Positions 18,784 through 26,747 of a DNA stretch of 46,633 nt are shown one piece after another. Made by a program: the position numbers and the translations under genes. The stretch comes from Candidatus Gallimonas caecicola (GTDB taxonomy: Bacteria; Bacillota; Clostridia; Christensenellales; Borkfalkiaceae). The first letter of the stretch is position 1; every line of letters starts with the position of its first letter. Below the pieces are notes generated by a model. The model was not told the DNA's origin. It did not search any database and worked only from the letters and a program-made list of their open reading frames with translations. The stretch lies in contig CAJFNH010000001.1 of assembly GCA_904394195.1 (NCBI GenBank), forward strand, positions 1 to 46,633, written 5' to 3'.

Positions 18784-19221
18784 ATGACAGAACAGCTTGC
18801 CGCATTCGACGTCGGCGATAAGCGCGTCGGCGTTGCGTTCAGCGACCCGTTCGGCGATTACGCCATCCCCTCCGACACCTATTTTCGCACGGGCGATTTT
18901 TCGGCCGATATCGGGGCGCTTGTCGGGCTCGTGCGCGCGCGGGGCGTATCTACCGTGGTCGTGGGTCTTCCCCTCAACGAGGACGGCTCCGAGAGCGTAC
19001 AGAGCGAAAAGACGCGCCGCTTTGCTGCCGCGCTCGAAGGGAAGGGACTGAAGGTGCTGCTTGAGGACGAGCGCTTTACGACCCGCGCCGCCCGCGCCGA
19101 CCTTCTGGAAATGGGCGTTTCGCAGAAAAAGGATAAGCGCAAGAAGCAGGTGGATTCCATCGCCGCGGCGTACATCCTGGAGAGCTGTCTTGCCAAGATC
19201 AGAAAAGGAGAACGTCAATGA
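18784..19221 (+). CDS. ruvX: YqgF/RuvX-family putative pre-16S rRNA nuclease / Holliday junction resolvase-like protein
   Basis: In-frame ATG 18784. AFDVGDKRVGVAFSD, VVVGLPLNEDGSES and DERFTT motifs. Confidence 0.88.
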   Translation: MTEQLAAFDVGDKRVGVAFSDPFGDYAIPSDTYFRTGDFSADIGALVGLVRARGVSTVVVGLPLNEDGSESVQSEKTRRFAAALEGKGLKVLLEDERFTTRAARADLLEMGVSQKKDKRKKQVDSIAAAYILESCLAKIRKGERQ

Positions 19222-19559
19222 AAGAGGAACGCAACGACTATACCGAGGACGAGAACATTGTCGAACTTGTGGACGATGAGGGCAACGCCTTCCGTTTCGA
19301 GCACCTGATGACCTTTGAATATAAAAATCAATGGTACGTTGCGCTTACCGAGATCAAGGAAGCCGCCGAGGAGACGGAGGACGACGAGGAGGACGCGGAG
19401 GAGGTCGCTATCTACCGCCTGGAAGGGGATGAGGAGAACGAGAGGCTCGTGCAGCTCGAGGACGACGAACTGGACGAGGTGTTCGCCGAGTTCTGCGCGC
19501 AATACGAGGACTTCGAGGACGCCGACGAGGCGGCACAGCTGGACGGAGCCGAAGAATAA
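19218..19559 (+). CDS. DUF1292-family acidic protein
   Basis: 113 aa with an ATGA overlap to ruvX. Has the D/E-rich pattern of DUF1292 and the usual position downstream of ruvX in Firmicutes. Confidence 0.75.
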   Translation: MKEERNDYTEDENIVELVDDEGNAFRFEHLMTFEYKNQWYVALTEIKEAAEETEDDEEDAEEVAIYRLEGDEENERLVQLEDDELDEVFAEFCAQYEDFEDADEAAQLDGAEE

Positions 19560-19622
19560 AGGGCATTGCCCGGCGTTGCCGTCCGATTGTCGTCGGGAAA
19601 TATTTGTCTGAAAAATTTTTGC

Positions 19623-19649
19623 GGGAAGGCTTGACAGCCTTCCCTTTTT
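19623..19649 (+). terminator. Intrinsic terminator of ruvX-DUF1292 (its loop is the perR -35 box)
   Basis: gggaaggc (19623-19630), loop ttgaca, gccttccc (19637-19644), then ttttt. Confidence 0.7.
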
Positions 19650-19684
19650 ATGATATACTCTTATCAGGATTAAATCTTGATAAG
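19631..19684 (+). promoter_or_regulatory. perR promoter plus palindromic Fur/PerR-box-like operator
   Basis: TTGACA 19631-19636, 17-nt spacer, TATACT 19654-19659. The inverted repeat CTTATCAgGAT-taa-ATCtTGATAAG follows at 19660-19684 (10 of 11 positions pair) and abuts RBS aaggag. Confidence 0.65.
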
Positions 19685-19695
19685 GAGCAAAGGGC

Positions 19696-20109
19696 ATGGC
19701 GGGAGCGCCGCGCAATACCAGACAAAAACAGGCGGTGTATGACGCGCTCCTGCACCTTGACCATCCCACGGCGACGCAGGTGTATGAGTACGTTCATACC
19801 ACGCATCCGACGCTCTCGCGCGGAACGGTGTTCCGCGTGTTGGGCGCCTTTGCGGCGGGCGGACAGGTGCGCCGCGTCACGCTGGAGGGCAGCGATGCGC
19901 GCTTCGATCACACGCTTGCGCCCCACGCGCACGGCAGGTGCCGTGTCTGCGGGCGGGTGTGCGATATTTTTCTGCCCGACTACGCCTCCATTGCGCGCGG
20001 CGCCATATGCGGCGGATTTCATATCGACGGGTGCGAGGTGGAGTTTACGGGCGTGTGCGATGCCTGCGATCGGAAACAAATGCGCGAAAGCGCAGAAAAA
20101 GAAGGATAA
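19696..20109 (+). CDS. perR: Fur-family transcriptional regulator (PerR-like)
   Basis: 137 aa with [13 protein letters not shown], a winged-helix region and two CxxC pairs ([11 protein letters not shown]). Sits directly upstream of rubrerythrin. Confidence 0.8.
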   Translation: MAGAPRNTRQKQAVYDALLHLDHPTATQVYEYVHTTHPTLSRGTVFRVLGAFAAGGQVRRVTLEGSDARFDHTLAPHAHGRCRVCGRVCDIFLPDYASIARGAICGGFHIDGCEVEFTGVCDACDRKQMRESAEKEG

Positions 20110-20122
20110 AGGAGAAGATATC

Positions 20123-20662
20123 ATGAAGGAACTCAAGGGAACAAAGACGTTGGAAAACCTGATGGCGGCATTCGCGGGCGAGAGCATGGCGACCAACAAG
20201 TACGCTTACTATGCTTCCAGGGCAAAGAAGGACGGCTATAACCAGATCGCCGCCATCTTCGAGGAGACGTCGGGCAACGAACGCGAGCACGCCAAAATGT
20301 GGTATAAGCTCATCATGGGCGGCATCGGCACCACGGCGGAAAATCTTGCGCTTGCGGCGCAGGGCGAAAACGACGAATGGACGGATATGTATCCCACCTT
20401 TGCAAAAGTCGCGCGCGAGGAGGGCTTCGAGGCGATCGCCGTCATGTTCGAGAAGGTCGCTTCCGTCGAAAAGGAGCATGAGGCGCGCTATCGCAAGCTT
20501 ATCGAGAACGTCGAGGCGGGCAGAGTGTTCGTCAAGGACGGCGAGGTGTACTGGCAGTGCCTGAACTGCGGCGCCATCGTCAAGGCGAGCGAGGCGCCCG
20601 AGGTGTGCCCCGTCTGCGCGCATCCGCAGGCATATTTCCAGGTCAAGCCCGAAAATTATTGA
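20123..20662 (+). CDS. rbr: Rubrerythrin
   Basis: In-frame ATG 20123 after aaaggagaag. Has the diiron ferritin-like domain ([27 protein letters not shown]) and a C-terminal rubredoxin-like CLNC...CPVC. Confidence 0.9.
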   Translation: MKELKGTKTLENLMAAFAGESMATNKYAYYASRAKKDGYNQIAAIFEETSGNEREHAKMWYKLIMGGIGTTAENLALAAQGENDEWTDMYPTFAKVAREEGFEAIAVMFEKVASVEKEHEARYRKLIENVEAGRVFVKDGEVYWQCLNCGAIVKASEAPEVCPVCAHPQAYFQVKPENY

Positions 20663-20678
20663 TTTTTTCAAAAATCGC

Positions 20679-20707
20679 TTGCATTTCGGGCGGGCGTATG
20701 GTATGAT
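20679..20707 (+). promoter_or_regulatory. Promoter of the T-box leader / leuA
   Basis: TTGCAT 20679-20684, 17-nt spacer, TGgTATGAT (TATGAT 20702-20707). Confidence 0.6.
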
Positions 20708-20714
20708 GGTAGTA

Positions 20715-20966
20715 AGATAACGCTGTGATGCGGAGCAGTAACCCGTTTTTTCTGCTTGCAGAGAGCCGTCGGCCGGTGCGAGACGGTGCAGGGATACGGA
20801 TGAACTCGCCGCGGAGCGGTCCTCCCGAATACAGTAAGGGGGAACGGGGTCCCGCCGTTACAAGGGAAGGGCATGTCAGTGCCCGGCAAGGGGCGGGGAG
20901 ACCCGCAAGAAGAGTGGTACCGCGCATGAACTGCGTCTCTTTATCAAAGAGGCGCGGTTTTTTGTA
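20715..20966 (+). promoter_or_regulatory. T-box riboswitch leader, leucine-specific (CUC specifier)
   Basis: Stem I elements AGAGAG and GGUGCGAGA (20759-20783). Specifier-loop context GAA-CUC-G with CUC at 20805-20807. T-box core AGAGUGGUACCGCG at 20911-20924. Terminator gcgtctcttt/aaagaggcgc (20933-20955) followed by a T-run ending at 20963. Confidence 0.85.
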
Positions 20967-20991
20967 TATTCCGAAGAGAGGAGGAAGCAGT

Positions 20992-22656
20992 ATGGACGCG
21001 AAAAAGTACACGCGGCAGTTTATCCTGCCGGGCGAGCAGTGCATGGACTGGGCGAGCAAGACGATGGTGGAAAGGGCGCCCGTCTGGTGCAGCGTGGATC
21101 TGCGCGACGGCAATCAGGCGCTCGTGGAGCCCATGGGTCTGGAGACCAAGGTGGAATTTTTCAACTTGCTCGTGGAGATCGGCTTCAAGGAGATCGAGGT
21201 GGGTTTCCCCGCCGCGAGCGAGACGGAGTATGCCTTTCTGCGCGCGCTCATCGACCGCAAGCTCATCCCCGACGACGTGACCATCCAGGTGCTCACCCAG
21301 GCGCGCGAGCACATCATCAAAAAGACGTTCGAGGCCATCCGTGGCGCCAAAAACGTCATCGTGCACGTCTACAATTCCACCTCCGTCGCCCAGCGCGAGC
21401 AGGTGTTCCGCAAGAACAAAGAGGAGATCAAGAAGATCGCCGTGGACGGCGCGCGCCTTTTAAAGCAGCTCACCGACGAGGCAGGCGAAAAATATCGCTT
21501 TGAATATTCTCCCGAGAGTTTTACGGGCACCGAGCCCGAATATGCCCTGGAGGTGTGCAACGCCGTGCTCGACGTATGGCAGCCCGCCCGGGAGCGGAAG
21601 GCGATCGTCAACCTGCCCGCCACGGTGGAGAACGCCATGCCGCACGTCTATGCGCAGCAGGTGGAATATCTGCACAAACATCTGAAGTATCGCGAGAACG
21701 TGGTCATCTCGCTGCATCCGCACAATGACCGCGGGTGCGGTGTCGCCTCGGCGGAATTCGGCCTGCTTGCGGGGGCGGACAGGGTGGAGGGCACCCTGTT
21801 CGGCAACGGCGAACGCACGGGCAACTGCGATATCGTCACGCTCGCCATGAACATGTACTCGCAGGGCGTCGACCCCGGGCTGGACTTTTCCAATATGCCC
21901 TATGTCGCCGCGCTCTATCAGAGCTATACCGGCATGCGCATCTCGCCCCGCCAGCCCTATGCGGGCGAGCTGGTGTTTGCGGCGTTCTCCGGCTCTCACC
22001 AGGACGCCATCGCCAAGGGCATGCGCTTCCGCGAGGAAACAAAGCGCACCGTGTGGGACGTTCCCTACCTTCCCATCGACCCCAAGGACGTGGGCAGGGA
22101 GTACGATTCGGACGTCATCCGCATCAATTCGCAGTCGGGCAAGGGCGGCGTGGGGTATATCCTCGAGCATGCCTACGGCCTCAAGCTGCCCGCCCGCATG
22201 AAGGAGGCGGTCAGCTACGCCGTCAAGCATGAATCGGACGTGCTGCACAAGGAGCTCAAGGCGGAGGAGATCTTCGGCGTGTTCCAGCAGCGCTTCCTCT
22301 CTCCGCGCGGGCGTTTTTCGCTGGGACAGGTGCATTACCGCCAGGAAAACGGCATCACGGCGATCGTCGAGGTCGTGGAAGGGGACGCGCGCACCCAAGT
22401 GGAGGCGACGGGCAACGGGCGGCTGGACGCCGTATCCAATGCCCTGAAAAAATACTTCGGCGTGCAGTACGACCTGACGGGTTACGAACAGCACGCGCTC
22501 TCCTCCGGCTCCTTCGCGCAGGCGATCTCCTACCTCGGCGTCGAGGCGAAAGAGCATATCTATTGGGGCGCCGGGGAAAATTCGGACATCACCATCGCGT
22601 CCGTGCAGGCGCTCGTTTCGGCGCTCAATAACCTTCTGGAAGCAAAAGACGCATGA
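20992..22656 (+). CDS. leuA: 2-isopropylmalate synthase (long form)
   Basis: In-frame ATG 20992 after agaggaggaag. WCSVDLRDGNQ, HPHNDRG and a LeuA dimerisation/regulatory C-terminus. Confidence 0.9.
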   Translation: MDAKKYTRQFILPGEQCMDWASKTMVERAPVWCSVDLRDGNQALVEPMGLETKVEFFNLLVEIGFKEIEVGFPAASETEYAFLRALIDRKLIPDDVTIQVLTQAREHIIKKTFEAIRGAKNVIVHVYNSTSVAQREQVFRKNKEEIKKIAVDGARLLKQLTDEAGEKYRFEYSPESFTGTEPEYALEVCNAVLDVWQPARERKAIVNLPATVENAMPHVYAQQVEYLHKHLKYRENVVISLHPHNDRGCGVASAEFGLLAGADRVEGTLFGNGERTGNCDIVTLAMNMYSQGVDPGLDFSNMPYVAALYQSYTGMRISPRQPYAGELVFAAFSGSHQDAIAKGMRFREETKRTVWDVPYLPIDPKDVGREYDSDVIRINSQSGKGGVGYILEHAYGLKLPARMKEAVSYAVKHESDVLHKELKAEEIFGVFQQRFLSPRGRFSLGQVHYRQENGITAIVEVVEGDARTQVEATGNGRLDAVSNALKKYFGVQYDLTGYEQHALSSGSFAQAISYLGVEAKEHIYWGAGENSDITIASVQALVSALNNLLEAKDA

Positions 22657-23258
22657 ACTCCGTCAATTACGATGCCGTCATGCAGAAAATGCTGCAGGAC
22701 ATGCAGGGCAAACGTCTGTTGCTGCACGTCTGCTGCGCCCCCTGCGCTTCCTATTGCCTGACGCAGACGGCGCCCGCGGTAAATGTGACTGCTTTTTTCT
22801 ACAACCCGAACATGGACAGTGCGCAGGAGTACGAAAAACGGCTTGCCGAGCTTGTGCGCCTGACGCAGACGACGGCTTGGGCGGATGTTCTGGAGACCGG
22901 CTACCGCGCGCAGGATTTTGCAGCCGTCGCGGCGGGATATGAAGGGGAAAAAGAGGGCGGCGCTCGCTGCGAACGGTGCTTCCGGCTCCGCCTTCTGGAA
23001 ACGGCAAGACAGGCGAAGGCGGGCGGCTTTGACTGTTTTGCTACCACGCTCACCGTCTCGCCCCTGAAGAACGCCGCGCGCATCAACCGCATCGGGTTTG
23101 AGGCGGCACAGGAATACGGCGTGCCATACCTGCCCACCGATTTCAAAAAGCGGGGCGGCTATCTTCAGTCCGTGCAGCTTTCGAAGGAGTACGGCCTGTA
23201 CCGCCAGAACTACTGCGGCTGCGTGTATTCCAGGCGGGAGAGAGAGCAACAAAAATAA
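22653..23258 (+). CDS. queH: Epoxyqueuosine reductase QueH (DUF208)
   Basis: 201 aa with LLLHVCCAPCASY and a C-terminal YRQNYCGC motif. ATGA overlap with the leuA stop. Confidence 0.8.
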   Translation: MNSVNYDAVMQKMLQDMQGKRLLLHVCCAPCASYCLTQTAPAVNVTAFFYNPNMDSAQEYEKRLAELVRLTQTTAWADVLETGYRAQDFAAVAAGYEGEKEGGARCERCFRLRLLETARQAKAGGFDCFATTLTVSPLKNAARINRIGFEAAQEYGVPYLPTDFKKRGGYLQSVQLSKEYGLYRQNYCGCVYSRREREQQK

Positions 23259-23271
23259 GGAGACGACGCAA

Positions 23272-23351
23272 AGCGCCGCGGCATATGCCGCGGCGCGCAC
23301 GTTTGCAGACGAAGAATACATGCGCAGCGCGGAATGTATCCGCGCCGCGCA
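23272..23351. terminator. Two GC-rich palindromic hairpins between convergent queH and the flavodoxin-like gene
   Basis: Perfect palindrome gcgccgcggcat/atgccgcggcgc at 23272-23295. Second stem atgcgcagcgcgga/tccgcgccgcgcat at 23319-23351. U-tracts are weak. Confidence 0.5.
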
Positions 23352-23373
23352 TTTGCGTGTACGTTTGCACATA

Positions 23374-23904
23374 TCAGGGTCTCTCCAGCCAGGCGAGCAG
23401 GGGGGCGAGGTATGCCTCGTCGGTAAAGTCGCAGCTCCTGCCGTAACATTCCATGAATGTGCGCATCCAGGGCTCTTCGTATTGCGAAGGGTCCTTTTTT
23501 GCAAGCATGCCGTGCAGCATGCCGCACAGCAGCTTATCCCCCGCCTTCAGATCTGCGCCCTTCCAGGCACCCTGTCCGTAAAAGAGGGGGAACTGCGCCA
23601 GCGTGCCCGACTGATCGTTCTTTTTCAGCGTTTCGAGCGTGCTCTCATTCGCAGGAGAGAGCCCCACGGCAAAGATTGCCGTCCGCTTTTTGCGCAGGGC
23701 GTCGGCATGCCGTTTCAAGAATTTCAGCCCGGCGATTTTTCCGACATACACGCCGCTGCACAGAACGACGCGATCGTATGCGGCAAGTTCCGCCGCCTTG
23801 ATGCCGGCTAGCGCGCAGAGGGAAAATCCCGTCTTTGCGGCAAGCATTTGCGCGTACTCTTTTGCCGCGCCGTATTTTGAGTGATATATGATGATGCCCC
23901 GCAT
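23374..23904 (-). CDS. Flavodoxin-domain protein
   Basis: 176 aa. The N-terminal MRGIIIYHSKYGAAKEYAQ is typical of the flavodoxin-like fold. Confidence 0.65.
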   Translation of the reverse strand: MRGIIIYHSKYGAAKEYAQMLAAKTGFSLCALAGIKAAELAAYDRVVLCSGVYVGKIAGLKFLKRHADALRKKRTAIFAVGLSPANESTLETLKKNDQSGTLAQFPLFYGQGAWKGADLKAGDKLLCGMLHGMLAKKDPSQYEEPWMRTFMECYGRSCDFTDEAYLAPLLAWLERP

Positions 23905-23920
23905 GCCGTATGTTCTCCTT

Positions 23921-24832
23921 TTATTTCCGATCTTGCGAAGGCTGCTGCGCTTTCATATGTTTTCCCGTCAGAAGGTGTCTGTCGAATTGCTCTTCGGGCA
24001 GCACGGCGCCGCCGACGGCGTCCCGGAAGAGCAGCATTTTATATGCGCTCTCCGAAACGGCGCGCTCGAACAGATCGTCTGCCGAGGCGACGGGCGGAAG
24101 GGCGGGGTCGGCATTTGCCGCCCGTTCAAACGCTTCGCCCGATAGAATGTGCCTGTCCGGCTCCTTTGCGGGATACAGGCAGGAGAGGGCGCGGATGTGA
24201 AAGAGCCTGTCAAAACGGCGCCAATGTTTTTGGGACGTATAGCATTTTTTGTGGAAAAAGGCAAGATACCATGCAAAATTATCGATGCCGCCGTAGAGCG
24301 TTTTTTCGTCCATCGGCGTCCTGCCCAGCGCGCTCGAAGCGCTTCTCCACAGCGCAAGGAGGGCACCGTTTTTGCACGCTTTCACGTCGGGATAGGGATA
24401 GTGCTCCGCCTCGCGGCCGCGCAGTTTGCGCGCGAAGTAGACGTCCCAGTCGTTCTCCATGCGCTGGTGTTCGCGCTTTTTCAAAGCGTTCTGCTCGAGA
24501 TAGCGGTAGACGAAGGGATGAAAGGCGACGTCCGCGCAATAGTGCGTGACGTAGCCCAGGCAGTATGCCTCGGCAACGGTGCGCTCTTGTCCCGAAAGGG
24601 TGAGGAGCGCCTTTGCAAAGGCGCAGAACAGCTCATACACGGCATTGCGGTGCAGGTATTTTCCGAAGTTGCCCTCCTGTTTGTTCGCTTTTTTTGCGAA
24701 GAAAAACATGTCGGGGCCCTGCGCGCCCAGAAAGTACGCTTCGGGCGCTTCGGAAATAAGGGTCTGCAGTTGTTCGGGAAGGCGCTTTGCCGCCTCTTCG
24801 GCGATGAGCGCGTGGGTGATGGAAGATGGCAT
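23921..24832 (-). CDS. Zinc-dependent phospholipase C-like family protein (function uncertain)
   Basis: 303 aa. N-terminal SSITHALIAEEA and GAQGPDMFFF resemble the Zn_dep_PLPC family as I recall it. Confidence 0.45.
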   Translation of the reverse strand: MPSSITHALIAEEAAKRLPEQLQTLISEAPEAYFLGAQGPDMFFFAKKANKQEGNFGKYLHRNAVYELFCAFAKALLTLSGQERTVAEAYCLGYVTHYCADVAFHPFVYRYLEQNALKKREHQRMENDWDVYFARKLRGREAEHYPYPDVKACKNGALLALWRSASSALGRTPMDEKTLYGGIDNFAWYLAFFHKKCYTSQKHWRRFDRLFHIRALSCLYPAKEPDRHILSGEAFERAANADPALPPVASADDLFERAVSESAYKMLLFRDAVGGAVLPEEQFDRHLLTGKHMKAQQPSQDRK

Positions 24833-24891
24833 ATGTCTATCTTATGTTGTTGATTTTCCGCACGTTCATGCGTTTTGCGCGGTGGCGTTTT

Positions 24892-25590
24892 TTAAGAATC
24901 ACGGCGAAGATCTGAACCTTTGCTCAAAGATTCGCGTGAACCAAATATCGCCGTTCCCAGCCGTATCATGTTTGCGCCGTGCGCAAGGCAGAGTTCCCAG
25001 TCGCCGCTCATGCCCATGGAGAGGTGGCGGATATCGCCGTCGTGCGCCCTTGCGCGGTCGTACAGCGCGCGCATCTCGTCCGCAAGGCGGGCAAGCAGAA
25101 CGCTGTCGTCCGAAAGGGGGAGCATCGCCATAAACCCGCACACCTTCAGCCCCTGCATGCCGCGCACGCGCTCGTATGCGGCATATGCTTCGTTCAGGGA
25201 ATAGCCGCTCTTGGAAAGTTCGCAGCCGATATTCACTTCGATGAGCACGTTTGTCACAACGCCCGCGCGCTGCGAACGCACGGCAAGTTCTTCGGCAAGC
25301 TCGTCCCTGTCGAGCGAGTGGATAAGGCAGGTCTTTCCGATCAGGTATTTGACCTTGTTGGTCTGCAGGTGCCCGATGAAGTGACGCCTGCCGCCGTGCA
25401 CAAGGTCGTATTTTTCGCGAAATTCCTGCACCTTGTTTTCGCCGATATCGGTGATGCCCGCCGCGATCGCCTCGTTGATCTCCTGCGCCGTGCGCGTCTT
25501 GGTCGCCGCCACCAGCGTGACGCTCTCGCCAAAGCTGTTGCCCGATTTGATTTTATCAAGATAATATCCGACGTTTTCCGCAATGCTCAT
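24892..25590 (-). CDS. yggS: YggS-family pyridoxal-phosphate homeostasis protein
   Basis: 232 aa. Has the TLVAATKTR lysine motif, GENKVQE, HFIGHLQTNK and SMGMSGD. Confidence 0.88.
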   Translation of the reverse strand: MSIAENVGYYLDKIKSGNSFGESVTLVAATKTRTAQEINEAIAAGITDIGENKVQEFREKYDLVHGGRRHFIGHLQTNKVKYLIGKTCLIHSLDRDELAEELAVRSQRAGVVTNVLIEVNIGCELSKSGYSLNEAYAAYERVRGMQGLKVCGFMAMLPLSDDSVLLARLADEMRALYDRARAHDGDIRHLSMGMSGDWELCLAHGANMIRLGTAIFGSRESLSKGSDLRRDS

Positions 25591-25730
25591 AGCGCCTATA
25601 TTATACCGTTCCGCCGTCCGCCTGTCAATAAAATCGCACGGCTGCGCGCAAATCGTCCTTCAGGGGTTGACATCGGGGGGGACGTGTTATCATGGTATCG
25701 GAGCAAGCTATGCTTCAAGGAGATTTTCGT

Positions 25731-26747
25731 ATGAAAAAGAGGGCATGGAAGGGGCTTGCGATCGCGGCGGCGGCGATCACGCTGGGTGCGGGACTTTTGT
25801 TTGCCGGGTGCGATACGCAGGCGGACGGCACAGACGCGCTCTCCGAAGTTTATGCGCAGGCGGTGGAACTCGGCTACGAGGGCACGCTGGAAGATTTCAT
25901 CGCGCAGCTGCGCGGAGAGGACGGCAAGTCTGCGGCGGAGGACGTGCTCGTTACGGGCGGCGGCCCCGTTGCCAACGCGCTCGTCGCCTGTGCCCGGCTC
26001 GGCATGCACGCCTCCTATGCGGGCGTGCTGTCCGACGACGCGTCGGGCGCCTTCCTGCAGGAGGACTTCGTCCGCTGCGGCGTTGCAACAGACCTCATAA
26101 AAAGGGCGGCGGGACGGGCTTTTACCTCTTATATCCTGCTTTCGCGCAGTAGCGGCACGCGCACGGTCGTCTTTGACCGCGGCACGTTGAAGGGCCCTTC
26201 GCCCGAGCAATGCCGTGCGGCGGCAGAGCGTGCGGATATCCTGCATCTGGACGGGAATTTTTTGGAGAGCGCGCTCTGCGCGGCGGCGTACGCAAAGGAG
26301 CGCGGCGTGAAGGTGAGCCTGGACGCGGGCGGTCTGTATGAGGGCATCGAGCGACTTCTGCCCTATGTCGATCTGCTCATCCCGTCCGAGGAATTTGCGC
26401 TCGGCATCACGGGCGCGGCAACGGCGCGCGAGGCCGCCCTGCAGCTTGCGCGGCGTTACTCGCCCGAACGGCTCGTGATCACGCAGGGCAGTCGGGGCGG
26501 GGTGTACCTGCAGGGAGGGGAGGTCATGGCTTACCGCGCATGGCCCGTCGACTGCGCCGACAGCAACGGCGCGGGGGACGTCTTTCACGGCGCTTATCTT
26601 GCGGCGTATGCCGATGGACTGGATGCGGGGGCGTGCTGCCGCTTTGCGGGCGCCGTCTCCGCCCTCAAATGTACGAAAGTGGGCGTGCGCGCAGCGATCC
26701 CGGATCGCGCGCAGACGCTGCAATTTATGGAGGAACATCAATGCTGA
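25731..26747 (+). CDS. PfkB-family sugar kinase domain fused to an N-terminal lipoprotein signal peptide
   Basis: ATG 25731 lies 8 nt after aaggag. Signal peptide MKKRAWKGLAIAAAAITLGAGLLFAGC ends in a lipobox-like FAGC. PfkB motifs GGGPVANALVACARLG and NGAGDVFHGAY are present. Confidence 0.7.
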   Translation: MKKRAWKGLAIAAAAITLGAGLLFAGCDTQADGTDALSEVYAQAVELGYEGTLEDFIAQLRGEDGKSAAEDVLVTGGGPVANALVACARLGMHASYAGVLSDDASGAFLQEDFVRCGVATDLIKRAAGRAFTSYILLSRSSGTRTVVFDRGTLKGPSPEQCRAAAERADILHLDGNFLESALCAAAYAKERGVKVSLDAGGLYEGIERLLPYVDLLIPSEEFALGITGAATAREAALQLARRYSPERLVITQGSRGGVYLQGGEVMAYRAWPVDCADSNGAGDVFHGAYLAAYADGLDAGACCRFAGAVSALKCTKVGVRAAIPDRAQTLQFMEEHQC

